A stretch of DNA of 25,920 nt from NCBI RefSeq assembly GCF_000143415.4, contig NW_003314322.1, forward strand, positions 163,210-189,129, written 5' to 3'. Under the pieces are notes generated by a model. That model saw nothing but the letters and a program-made list of their open reading frames with translations, was not told the DNA's origin and ran no database searches. Source of the DNA: Selaginella moellendorffii. Its lineage: Eukaryota > Plantae > Lycopodiophyta. A program made the position numbers and the translations under genes. Positions 9,419-21,024 of the stretch are shown here, piece after piece (the stretch's first letter is position 1; each line of letters opens with the position of its first letter).

Positions 9419-10636
9419 ATGGAAGGCACATCAGAGCAGAGCCAAAACAAAATTGAGGAAGAATCAGCTGCTAATACCCTCCATGTGGACTCGACAAAAA
9501 CACGTGACAATGGGCCACTTGAATCCAGTTATCGTGCTGCACATATGGATCCACACCTGTGGGGAACACTTCCAGAAGATATACTTGACAGAGTGCTCGC
9601 CTGGCTTCCCACTCAAGCCCTAATCCGTTCTCGGAGTGTGTGTAGCCGCTGGAACTCCATAACCAGTTCCAACACCTTCCTCCACATCTACTCTCGGGTC
9701 CCTAGCAAAGACTCATGGATTCTCATGTTTGCGGATCCGCACTACAAGTCTGTCTTTGTCTACATCCCCAAAACCAACAAATGGCTCAATATGCCATTGG
9801 GCTTCCTGCCCTCCCACGTCGACAATGTTACTGTCGCAGGTGGATTGCTTTGCTTCCGAATGCTTGACTCCAACGGATCGTCTAGCATGTGCATCTGCAA
9901 TCCGCTGACCAGGACGTGGAGGAAACTCCCACCTATGCTCGGGCGCTGGTGCGGAAACTTGGTGGGTGTGGTCGTGGACAATGAACACCTGGAAAACGAG
10001 GAACGGAGCACATATAAAATTGTCGTGCAGACAAAGCACATGGTCCCCTACGGACTACGAACCGAGGTGTTCAGCTCGCACACGGACTTATGGACAATTA
10101 CTGGAGCGTCCGAGGCCAATTTTACTACTGGCTCTGCTTTCTGCAATGGTCATCTCTACTTCATGACCTGGGAGGCACATAACGGCGAGTTCATCTGTGA
10201 TGGTGTCTATGCTTACAACCTTGAGCAGGGGATTTGGAACCGAGCCCTTGCTCCGATGCCATACTTTTATATCTGTCCTCACCTGGTGGAATGTGGAGGG
10301 CATCTGCTCATGATTGGCGGCTTTTGGGAGCAGCCGGCGATCACTGTAGGGATACGGGTCTGGGAACTCAAGCAAGCAACACTAGAGTGGGCGATAGTGG
10401 AGACCATGCCGCAACACTTGTTTAAACATCTGCTCAAACGGCCCGGGTACCGGCTTTTTAACTGCGTCGGCCACGGGGAGCTTATATACCTCAGCGAGTG
10501 CCTCAGTCCCCAGCTATTTGTCGTTTTTGATTTTCCAAGGAAAAGGTGGTTTCAGATGGATACCTCCCCGCCAAACCATTACAGGGCCACCTTCTCCTGG
10601 TTCTCGTTTTGCCCTCGTCTTGATGCACGAGTATAG
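9419..10636 (+). CDS. Intronless F-box/kelch-like (beta-propeller) protein, 405 aa
   Basis: F-box LWGTLPEDILDRVLAWLP...RSVCSRWN, then AGGLLCF, ICNPLTRTWRKLPPM, HLVECGGHLLMIGG and C-terminal FCPRLDA, as in the UFO/At5g15710-like group. Confidence 0.93.
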   Translation: MEGTSEQSQNKIEEESAANTLHVDSTKTRDNGPLESSYRAAHMDPHLWGTLPEDILDRVLAWLPTQALIRSRSVCSRWNSITSSNTFLHIYSRVPSKDSWILMFADPHYKSVFVYIPKTNKWLNMPLGFLPSHVDNVTVAGGLLCFRMLDSNGSSSMCICNPLTRTWRKLPPMLGRWCGNLVGVVVDNEHLENEERSTYKIVVQTKHMVPYGLRTEVFSSHTDLWTITGASEANFTTGSAFCNGHLYFMTWEAHNGEFICDGVYAYNLEQGIWNRALAPMPYFYICPHLVECGGHLLMIGGFWEQPAITVGIRVWELKQATLEWAIVETMPQHLFKHLLKRPGYRLFNCVGHGELIYLSECLSPQLFVVFDFPRKRWFQMDTSPPNHYRATFSWFSFCPRLDARV

Positions 10637-10982
10637 ACGCTACTGAGCTAAAAAATAAAAGCGATTGGAGTATAACACTGCAATAGTTTAGTTTCTGAAA
10701 GCCATGTAGAATCTCCAGAAACGAAGAAAGTTAATCAGGAATTGCTAAACTTGTGGCATAAGATAGGCCTACAAGCATAACTATATCCATAGAGAGCGCA
10801 AAGAGTTCAATACATTATTCTGAACAATTCCTCGCGCTGTTAGCTTCTGTCCTCTTGATATAAAAGCAAGGGGAAACTGCTTGGACGTCATGTGATTTCA
10901 ACGGGTGTCTTCTGTGTAGCCGTTGGATGGGAGTTATCTAGGCCATCAGTCCCACTTGGCGGCATTTTCCCAAATGCTGAAG

Positions 10983-12380
10983 ATGTCCGAAAAAGCTTCG
11001 ACGTTTGATCTCTTGCGATGGTCTGTGCCATTCCAAGAGGAAAACACCCGCAACAAGACTCCAGACCATCATCTGACCACACCAGTCCATAACAAATTCA
11101 GGGACTATTCCGACATTAGAGCTCACCAGGTAAAAGATTAACTAGTCACAGCAGCTTAAAGCCTGCTTTTGTTTTAGAGAGCAAGTAGGATTCATTTTGG
11201 CGATGTGGTTACGGCTACTGGTCCTGTTGCCGGAACAAAAGAAATTGACAGCTTTGCTGAGGCTGCCAAAAAGAGGGACTTAAACGAAAGTCTGGAAACG
11301 GATGAATACACCACCGAAGGTCACCAGTCGGATGCCAAAGCAAGAGAACTCGTTGGAAGTAACATTTTCGGGAAAGTTTCAAAGGTTGAGGATTCTAAAT
11401 ACGGGTTGTTTTCTTATATGATATTGTTGCAGTCTCCTCCGGGAAGACCTAAAACGCCTGAGAGGAAGCGGCCTACGAAACAAAAAGCTAGCGAGCTCAC
11501 AGGCGATGAGATATTCAAAACCAAACCTCTTCCATCACCTCCTGATAAACTTGTGTGTGACGAAAAAATCAGGGAGCTGAATGGCAACGATATTTTTTCA
11601 GATGGAGAAAAACCGTCTAGAAGAAGAAACCCGCCAGGCAATAACTTTAAGTTAAAAACAACATAGCTGAAGATGCTGTTTCGTTGCAGATGTTGCTGCT
11701 AAAATTAAACAGTTCTATGGAACAAATCCTGCACTGCCAGATGTTAAAGAAAGTGCATTCTTGATGGCTCATCCTAAGAAAATGTCAGGTATTAATGCTA
11801 CTGAAATACATAATTTTGAAAATTCACTTGAAATTTACGACAGATAAACACACTAGCGGAACTAAAATCAAAGAAATTGGAGGAAACTATGATCTTTTTT
11901 GTGGCCAAGATTGTCTGGATGTTGACAAGGCACCGCTTGGATTTCCACCTATTGGTCCGTAGCAACCTACATAAAATTATTTTTAAGTGCCTGTGAATGT
12001 GTAGGTCCTCATCCTGCTAAACGAAAGGAGCACATTGGAACAGATGGGTATCCTCCCGACACTCGTTTCCGTTACGACTCTGTAACAGTTCCAAAAGCCA
12101 AAGGTCCATTGTCTCTTTAATTATAGCGCTGAACTCCAAAGGAGACTTCTCTACCTGCAGAGAAGTACCATGGTGATATGAAGTGTCAGGAAATGAGTGG
12201 AAACTATGATCTATTGAGTTATGCACCGAACAGGCGCGACCTTGCTGGTTACGTTAAATGCACGCCTGGTATTAATGCATGATCTTTAACAATCACCTCA
12301 GAGTTTTCTCAACAGAAAAATCTGTGAGCATGGCAAAGCGGAGAGAGATGGTGGGTAATGGTATATTTGGACAAGCGTAG
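10983..12380 (+). CDS. DUF4057 / Jupiter(HN1)-like repeat protein, 8 exons, ~346 aa
   Basis: Exons: 10983-11129, 11178-11384, 11433-11637, 11690-11788, 11844-11954, 12005-12103, 12161-12268, 12316-12380 (1041 nt, open). N-terminal STFDLLRWS (cf. STADLLTWS) and repeated K-x-x-E-[LIM]-x-G-N-x-I-F motifs are present. An alternative ATG lies at 10974. Confidence 0.78.
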
Positions 12381-13149
12381 GTACAGCTTTGTCCTAATTA
12401 ATCAAAACTGGTTTCTTTAATGAGACATGAAGCTCTAGCTGAGATTTTATTTTAGATAGATAGATATTTTTCACCGCAGCGCCTTGGTCATCTACTGTTT
12501 CCTAGAGCAGAGAGGAGAGGAGAAGCAAGTTCAAAGTTCCTTCCCGGTTGCTCTCATTCCCGTCCTAGGCTCCATGAGAGAGATATTAGATATGCACAAA
12601 ACTCTCTACACGTATTCTTAAAAAATATCCAATGTTATTTATACTCTGTACGATGTCTCCTTGTTTCTAAATCTGATGCTGTTGTTGACGCTTGTCTTTC
12701 GGAATGCAATTTCCTGATCTCGAATTTCATCACGTGGCTGATATCCTTGAGGTTGTTATAACCTGAGAAAAGTCTCCCAGCTTGTGATCATCCTCAACTA
12801 TGCCATTTGACATGCAATACTACTTGAAGTGAGTGATGTGCCAATCTGTTTAGAATGAAATAAGTAAACAAGAATGTGAGTGGTCGACAAGTCTGCGCTT
12901 TAAATATGTACGAGAATAAACCCTTAACAGTCATAGGGCTTCTCCAGACACAAATCTAGTAGCTGGAACCCAGGATCTACTCCATCTCTACAAAAAATGC
13001 TTTAATCTCTCAAAAACGCTTCTTCATGTCAGGTTCACCACATGTTGGAACATTCCTAAAGCTCCCTATACATGTTGAAGAGTATGTGCATGACTTCATA
13101 TAGACTTTCCTTGATGATGTTCCTATCTTAAAAATTGGCAGAGCATCTA

Positions 13150-13220
13150 GGAGATCCAATGAATCCAAGCTCTATCCTCACAGAAGAATGTGATGTGCTC
13201 ATCCCAGGTGCTCTTAACAG
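13150..13220 (+). pseudogene. GDH: Glutamate dehydrogenase exon fragment
   Basis: GDPMNPSSILTEECDVLIPGAL-NR followed by a GT donor. Plant GDH has [24 protein letters not shown], so the GGV(I/L) codons are missing here. Confidence 0.75.
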
Positions 13221-13307
13221 GTATGCACTGTCATGGTCACATCCACGAAGAGCTCAATCCCAACAATTTGGCAGAACCCTATTCTTCTGTCTCTCCGAGC
13301 TAATATA

Positions 13308-13510
13308 TCATACTCATATATTTAAACGAAAGAGCCCGTATAATAATAGGATATAATACTCATATATTTAAACGAAAGAGCCCGTATAATAATAGGATAT
13401 ACTGGCGACACTTATTCTGGGCATATGCTGAGATCTAACGGCCAAGATCTAATTGTCGAAGGTCATGTCGTTTCAAATCAGAGAAAAATTTTATGTGGCT
13501 TTTTAGGGCT
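13308..13510 (+). mobile_element. Helitron-like 5' terminus (copy 1)
   Basis: A|TCATACTCATATATTTAAAC start. It shares the downstream blocks GGCGACACTTATTC, ATGCTGAGATCTAACGGCCAAGATC and TTTTAGGG with the ends at 14713 and 21659. Confidence 0.6.
13310..13401 (+). repeat. Exact 46-bp tandem duplication
   Basis: ATACTCATATATTTAAACGAAAGAGCCCGTATAATAATAGGATATA at 13310-13355 and 13356-13401. Confidence 0.95.
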
Positions 13511-14943
13511 GGAAAAAATGCGTTCAGCGATGGGAGAGGCAGCGGGCAGATGTACTCTCTCCTGGATTCTGTTCTTGCAGACTACTTATATTTTCCACTG
13601 GAGGTTAGAATTCGATGCCCAATTCTTTGCCGATTGGCATTTTCTCTTTTTGTTTCTCAATTTATATTTTTCTCTGCCTTCCACGGATTGGTAGGTAAAT
13701 CTGGAATTATGAATGCTTCTTTTCTTAGCACCTCCAGCCAAGAGCAAGGAGAAGAAGAAGACGGTGCTGCATCCTCTGGTTAATATCCTCCAGTGATTCT
13801 CAAGGAGCCGCACCAAAAACTCTGGAAGAGGTTAGCAGTAGAACTTCTCATCGATTAATGGGAGGCAACTCAATATACCTGACTATAAACCATGGAGGCA
13901 CTCTTCTCGTAGCCCAGAAAAAATTCCAGAGAAGTGAAGAACCAATCTGGGACGACAACCAGCTCCAGCATCTGAGTCATCTCCTCTGGTTCCTCAGACG
14001 ATGAGCTGCTCAAGGTCTTGTTGCTCATTCTCGTCAGGTAATGTGAACAAAATTGAAAACTCATGTAGAAAAGGTTTTGTGGACAGTGAGGGTGTGAAGA
14101 TTGTTAATATTTCTGTGGAAGGTCTAAGTCAAGCTACTATACTATGTAGCACTAACTCTGTGACGAAGAGCGTGTCTATGAAACTAAGATGGGTACGACT
14201 TCTTGTTTGGAGGTAAATCACTTTTTTTAATTAATCACGTATGTTACTAATCAAGTGGCATAGCAGGGTGCTGGAAAGACCTCCATATTATGCACTGTGG
14301 TGGCATAGCATGAACACTGATATCAACAATTTTTTTTCCAGACATCAAGTGTCATGAAAGCGTTTCACGCAGTGTAGGATACATAGATTCAGTAGGCGTT
14401 AACTTTCAGGTAAAAATTTCTTCCTTACTCTGCTTTGATTGGTTTACCAATTGGTTCCATATAGGACCTATCATATGAAGAAGAGCAGCTGAAGAATGGT
14501 TTGTTGAGAGCAGATCCATATAAAGTCTTGACTTGGTAATTCTCGTGCACAATCTGGCTCACAAGAGTCCCAGGCTGCGACAACAGGCTGCCGATCACTC
14601 TCGACCAGCTCTTGGCACCCTCCTGGACGAGATCACTACTGCTGAGGTCCCTTTTGTTTAGATCTTGCCATGAGTGCCGACTGGCATCAGCTTTCAAGCG
14701 TTACAGCCATCATCAAACTCTTTATTTAAAGTTGCTATTTTGGCATCGGCGTCACATATTCCATTTTTAGAATATCCATTTTTTCTTATGGCAGATGCTC
14801 TTGATTCAACGATCCAGATCTGTGACGCTCCAAAGCAATGGTGAGGATTGTGACATGGTGGCAAAGAGCTTGGTTTTAGGTTTAAGAAACGGTTATTATG
14901 GCTATTCACAAGCCACCAGCGACTTGTGAACCTCTAGATATTA

Positions 14944-16132
14944 CGCTACAAACCATCTGTGGGTATGCGCCATGGAATTTTTCGGGAGTCTTGACTCTTT
15001 TCTTTCATTTGTTGTGATTTCTAGGCCATTTTCTTTTCACAAACTTGCTCCTGGACAAAATGATGGAGACCGCTAAGGAAAGTGGCATCCAGTGAAGAAT
15101 TGTCAACCTCTCCTCCATCACACTTACAGCGGTGACAAAGCCTGGTACCAAACGACTTTCTTTTCTCGTGAGCTTACATTCTTCCTTTTTTCTTCCAAAA
15201 GGTACTCCGACAATAGAGCATACAGTCCATCCAAGCTCGTGAACATCCTCCATGCCAAAGAACTGGCAATGAGATTCAAGGTATTTGTCTAATGCTTTGA
15301 AATCTCTCCCACCTTTCTCTTTCGTCAATGCTTTCTCTTTCGCTGATTATGCCAAAGGAGTTGACATCACAGCCAATGCTGTTCACCGGGGTTTATAATG
15401 TCGCCTTTGATGCGGCACACATTCTACATAATGAGTTTGTCTGTTAGCCTCGTCATTGTTTTCGGTTACTTATGGAACTTTGATCTTCATGCAGGGTTTC
15501 TCAAGTTCTTCTCCAGCTTCCTTTGGAAAAATGTGCCACAGGTATGAAGAATTCTCCCAATTATCTGGAAGTTTTTCGTGACTAATACGTGATCGATCTC
15601 TCAGGGCGCTGCTACGACGTGCTACACGGCTTTACATCCAAGCCTCAAGGACGTCACCGGGCAATACTTCGTGGATTCCAACAAATCCAGCTGTAGCGCT
15701 TATGGCAGAGATCCCGAGCTCGCTCACAAGCTATGGACCTTCTCCCAGGAGCTTATAGACAGCGTTCTCCGTCCTAAAGGTAAAAGGTTGATGGTGCTAA
15801 AGAGCGAGTGAGCTTTCGGTTACTTATGGACCTTTGATCTTCATGCAGGGGTTCTCAAGTTCTTCTCCAGCTTCCTTTGGAAAAATATGCCACAGGTAAG
15901 AAGAATTCTCCCAATTATCTGGAAGTTTTTCGTGGCTAATACGTGATCGATCTCTCAGGACGCTGCTACAATGTGCTACACGGCTTTACATCCAAGCCTC
16001 AAGGACGTCACTGGGCAATACTTCGTGGATTCCAACAAATCCAGCTGTAGCGCTTATGGCAGAGATCCCGAGCTCGCTCACAAGCTATGGACCTTCTCCC
16101 AGGAGCTTATAGACAAGCATTCTCTGTCCTAA
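14944..16132 (+). pseudogene. Short-chain dehydrogenase/reductase (retinol dehydrogenase/TIC32-like), 5'-truncated pseudogene
   Basis: ATNHL/GHFLFTNLLLDKMMETAKESGIQ*RIVNLSS, catalytic AYSPSKLVNILHAKELA, DITANAVH and KNVPQGAATTCYTALHP...GQYFVDSN...KLWTFSQELI. It has a stop, frameshifts and a mutated acceptor, and lacks the N-terminal Rossmann motif. Confidence 0.9.
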
Positions 16133-16163
16133 AGGTAAAAGGTTGATGGTGCTAGAGAGCGAG
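15460..16163 (+). repeat. Tandem duplication (~350 bp) of the last two SDR exons
   Basis: 15460-15808 and 15814-16163 are near-identical. Confidence 0.93.
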
Positions 16164-16242
16164 CTGGCAAACGAGGACAACTCGGCAATCATTTGTGGAT
16201 AGACTGTATTTACTGTTCTCAAAAGCTCGAGCTCGAGCTTGA

Positions 16243-17097
16243 TCAAAAGTAAGACGCGTTGCCTACATTGCGCATTACTAAAACTTTGGTTTCGAGCATG
16301 TTGTCCATCGCGTACTTGACACCCTCTCGTTGGATTGCAGAGTCTTTGATCCCACCGTATGGCTGGCTATCAACGCGCATGCTTGGCGAATCATTGAGGC
16401 AAACTCCTTCAGCTTGTGAAGATCGAATAATCATCAAACAAACAATCAATACTTTCTATATCTCAAACACAAAGCTACCTCTATGTGCTCAAACACATAG
16501 AAGGCCTTGTTTAGATCATGCATAAAGGCGCTGGCTTGGAGACCGTAATGCGTGTTGTTAGCTTCCTTCACGGCTTCCTTGAAATCACTGTGTCGCCACC
16601 GTTTTAGTTTAGAGAGAGAAAAAGAGTAAATAAGAACTTTAAGAGCTAAGAAACTTTGAGAGCTTACTTGTATGAGTAGAGAAGGATCACGGGACCGAGA
16701 ATCTCTTCCTTCCTTGCATCTGTGTCAAAGGGAGCGTCTTCCAGGATCGTTGGCTCCATGAAAGCTCCCCTTTGCTTACTACCAACTAGAAGTTTGGCAC
16801 CTGCCTTCACTGCCTCGTTCACGCTCTTCTCCACTATAGCTGCCAACGACTTGGATATCATGGGCCTGATGGATCATGGGCCTGGCGAGGATCTCCACCT
16901 TTGAGTTTCTTAAAGGCAGCAATCAATGCGGCCTTCACCTACACAACCAGCACCAGATACATTAGATCAAAGCTTGATTTGAGAACAAAGAATACAATAG
17001 AATTTAAATACAAGTGTCAGATACCTCCTTGTAAAGGCCACCTCTCACGTAAAGATGCTTCATGTGAATACAGAACTCGCTGCTTTGATAGAATCCC
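16243..17097 (-). pseudogene. ALDH21: ALDH21-like aldehyde dehydrogenase, 5'-truncated pseudogene
   Basis: Exon remnants GFYQSSEFCIHMKHLYV (catalytic Cys), GGDPR..PMIS..EPTILED..KEEILGPV, DFKEAVKEANNTHYGLQA and LNDSPSMRVDSQPYGGIKDSAIQREGVKYAMDNMLETKVLVMRNVG. The last closely resembles the moss ALDH21 C-terminus. There is a frameshift near 16870 and the last acceptor is CAG>CAA. Confidence 0.82.
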
Positions 17098-17708
17098 TTG
17101 TGGTGCTTTTGTTATATATGCTAATTCAATTTACAATATTGACAAATTCCCACCTCAACTCCAAGGATGTAGATAGTGGCAATAGAATTTGAGTGTTATA
17201 GATGGGTTTTACAAGATGACAAATATATAAACCATTAATGAATCGTAAATTTGAGAATCAAAAAAACAATTAATATTTAAAGTATAGATTTTTTTAGTTA
17301 AAAACCAGATAGTGGAGTATTTGAAACAAGAAAGAAAATAAAAGAGTGCTATTGTTTTGAAATATAAATTACTAATTATGTTACAAACTAATTTATTTTT
17401 CAATTCAGAGAAATTGTTGATGATATAAATATCCAAAACATGCATATAGTTGAGTAAATTTAAAAAATGTGATTAGTTTTGGAGGATTTATATAAGTAAA
17501 ATTAATTTCTTAAATCATATTTAGTCTTCAAGAGTAGAGTTTTCTAACATTCATCTTAAAATTAAAATACATAATACCTGTAAATATTATTTTTATAAAT
17601 GTTTTGATAAATACTTGTTATACTCTAGTTAAATGTCAATAATATATTTTATATTATTTGAAAAGTATATTAAATATCAATATAGTTTTTGTAACATAGC
17701 AAAATGAT

Positions 17709-17808
17709 NNNNNNNNNNNNNNNNNNNNNNNNNNNNNNNNNNNNNNNNNNNNNNNNNNNNNNNNNNNNNNNNNNNNNNNNNNNNNNNNNNNNNNNNNNNN
17801 NNNNNNNN
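17709..17808. other. Assembly gap (100 N)
   Basis: Run of n characters. Confidence 0.99.
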
Positions 17809-18130
17809 ATAAAATGATGAATTATTGAGAATAAAATACAATAGTAAGACTTTACTCACAAATGATAAATTTACTACTACAATTTTTTTTCGAAAATAAA
17901 AATGTAACAATAAATAATTAAATATTTATATTTTTTAATGACAATATATAGTTTTTTTATAAAAAATATATCAACATTAATATTTACATAGTAATGTGTC
18001 TGATTCATGTTAATATTTAAAATATTAATATTTTATAATATATTTTGAGAATGTAATAATGTGTCCATTTATATAATTTTTGAATAGTAAGTAGTGTTGA
18101 ATCATTTAATAATAATGTATTTTTAAATTG

Positions 18131-21024
18131 GAATGCACAGTTTTATCATAAAGAATTAGTACTGGTTTGTCCTAATACAAACATTATATCTCCAATATAA
18201 TTAGTATATTTGGATGTACCTCTTTTCAAACACCTATAATGTAGTGTGAATATCTAGATACATTTACTGTATATTTTTAAATATAAAAAAAGATACATAA
18301 CAGAAATTCTATTATTCTTTTGTAAACTATGAAACTTAGATGCACCATTACAATTCAGATAAAAAGTTTATGCATAAAAAAATATAATTTCTCCAAACTA
18401 ACCTTTTATTTTTTGGTAGTATATAATTCTTTGGGTTTGTGAAAAGTCAAATGCTTTTAAAGCCTGATAGCAATCTTCTAGATGTGTTTAGGGTTTTGTA
18501 GCTTTTAATAAAGGTAATAAAAAATTTCAAATTCAAATTTAATGATGATTAAAAAATGATCTTATCTTCCCCAACACTTGCATTATTATCTCACTGCATT
18601 ATTGTCGATTTCTCTGGAGATGAATAGCAGCAAAGTTAAGCTAAATTTAACCTTGTATACAATCAGAATTTCTAATATTATAAAATTTGAAAAGAAGATC
18701 TGTTTATCTTGGGTATGCTATATCTCCCAGCGAATATTTCAGCATACTCATTGTTCTGTAGAATGAAATCTTTATAAAAGAAAGAGTACTTGATTGATTT
18801 GATACGACATTATGAAAATTAAACATAATTTTGCTGCACAAAGATGGTATGCAGTAGACAGAATAGAAAATATACTTAAAATTTAAAAGTAAATAAAGTA
18901 GTGACTATAGAAAATAATATAATTCTATCATATATAGAAATATGATAGAAAATAGCTTCAATTCAATTCAATTAAATTCAATTTAATTGAAAAAATAGGT
19001 GAATTATAATTAAAATATTAATTCTATTCCTCCAGCCTCAATCAAACCTCCAGCTATTTTATCTTATAAAGTAGGTTTATTTTTATGAATAATCTTATGA
19101 TACTTATTACAGATTCATCAATTAATCTATTCACATACAGTTGTTGGTTAGCTCATATATACTCTAAGATCTGTGTCTAAGATCTTTTTTAAGATTAATA
19201 ATGTGTTCTTTGATACATGGAAAAAATAAATAAATATAATGACGTATAGATAAAAATATGATTGAGACAACATTAGACACAATACAAAAGGAAACCATCT
19301 AAAAAATGTGATTCCTCATGACTTAAACTTTTAATATTATTAAATTACATCTATGAACCATTCTTAAATTTTCTGATATGTTATGGTTTAGGACATAAAC
19401 GATTATGTATCATCAATACCCTAATGTCCGAGTATAACCTTACTTTTCATTGAAACATTTTAGTCTCAATAACATTGTTAAAATGCAATAAATTTAAATT
19501 AAAAAAATAAGCTTCAGAGATGATAAACTTAATTCATATTAGCATTCTCTTTATATTAAACTATATCCATAAACAATGATAATGATAAATAATAAAATAC
19601 TTTAACTTTTAATTAGTACTCTTAAATGTATAAACATAAATACAAATGTCAAATACAAATATAAAAAGAACATGAACAAAAAGCATGCTATGTAGTTATG
19701 GAGATTTAATTATATATACTTTTTTGAAATCATTTAATTGAAAAAAATATATTAAAATAGAATATAAAACAATTAGTGTCTATAACAATATCTTATATTC
19801 TAATTGAAAATAGAGGACTTAATAGGTACAAAATGTCTTACTCTTTATTTATTGGTAAAGCATGTTCTATATTATTGGTGTATTAATACTTTTTATTTTA
19901 TAAAACAGCTAATAAAAGTATTTTAAAAAATATTATTTCTATATATTCCCAGAGGAGTTGTATTTTTTTCATAAATGTGACATATAATTTTTCTCTATCT
20001 AGAAACCATTAACTTTTATTCTTTTAAATACTTAATTTACCATTTTGAACTAACAAGATATTTTCCTTATGTTCTGATAGCAATTGAGATAATACATATG
20101 CAGAACAAATCTAGAGCAAGATCAAAAGACTTATGTAAACCATATGGTTTAACTATAGCAAATAAATCATTGTGTCAATATTGAGGCAAAAGATAAAACT
20201 CATGTAAAGCTGCTGGTAGATTAAAGTAAGGTTATGAGCAAGAAGACTAATTAAAGACATAAAAGACTTTGTTAATTTTTTAGATATTATTAAGAAATTG
20301 ATTTAATATTTGTATGTGTATGAGATATCTTATACCATATTAGATACCATGTCATATATGAGACATGAATTCATAGTTTTATCATTAAGCTTTAATACAG
20401 ATTTGTCTTAATACAAACATTATATCTCTGATGTAATTATTATATTTGGATGAAGATAAAAGAATATTAGTTTGATTTAGAATCTAGAATGTAAACTATT
20501 CTCCACTGTTGGCTTATGAGGTTTAATATAAATATGGTAGCAAGCTAGATACATTTATTTATGTATGTTTAAAATCTAAAACCCGACAGATAATAGAAAT
20601 TCTATTATTCTTTAGTAAAATATGAATGTTAGAGGCATCATTATAGTTCAGATAAAAAGAATTTAACTCAGTATGCAATTAAAATTAAAATTTCTCCAAA
20701 CTAAGCTATTTTGTTTTGGGTAGTCTATGATTTTTTTGTTTTGTTAAAACTCAAGTGCTTTTCATGCAAGGCAAAAATCCTGCATGTGTGTTTAGGGTTG
20801 TGCACCTTTTTTATAAAGGCAATGAAACATCAAATTCAAATTTATTGATGATAAAAAATGATCTTATCTTCCCCAACACTTGCATTATTATCTATTTGCA
20901 TTATTGTGCATTTCTTTAGAGATGAATAGCAGAAAATTTTAGATAAATCTAACTTTATTTACAATCCAAATTGTAAATTTATAAAAAGAAGATTTATTTA
21001 TCTTGGGTATGCTATATCTCCCAG
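18131..21024 (+). repeat. Diverged ~600-bp direct repeat (18131-18732 and 20367-21024); its 3' part recurs at 21567-21639
   Basis: Shared blocks include TAATACAAACATTATATCTC, AGAAATTCTATTATTCTTT, ATGATCTTATCTTCCCCAACACTTGCATTATTATCT and TTTATCTTGGGTATGCTATATCTCCCAG. Confidence 0.9.

Noticed and set aside
9318-9623. ORF bridging the CCDC57-like and F-box genes as a fusion
   Set aside because: It is in a different frame from the F-box, there is an in-frame TGA at 9410, and the upstream gene already ends with its conserved motif.
10390-10412. miR394 target site as in LCR F-box genes
   Set aside because: The equivalent position (GATAGTGGAGACCATGCCGC) has too many mismatches to GGAGGTTGACAGAATGCCAA.
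12895-12916. Minus-strand TCTCGTACATATTTAAAG as a fourth Helitron 5' end
   Set aside because: It is preceded by T rather than A and lacks the shared downstream blocks.
17209-18766. Short ORFs in AT-rich DNA, one spanning the N gap
   Set aside because: Compositional or gap artefacts with no coding signal.
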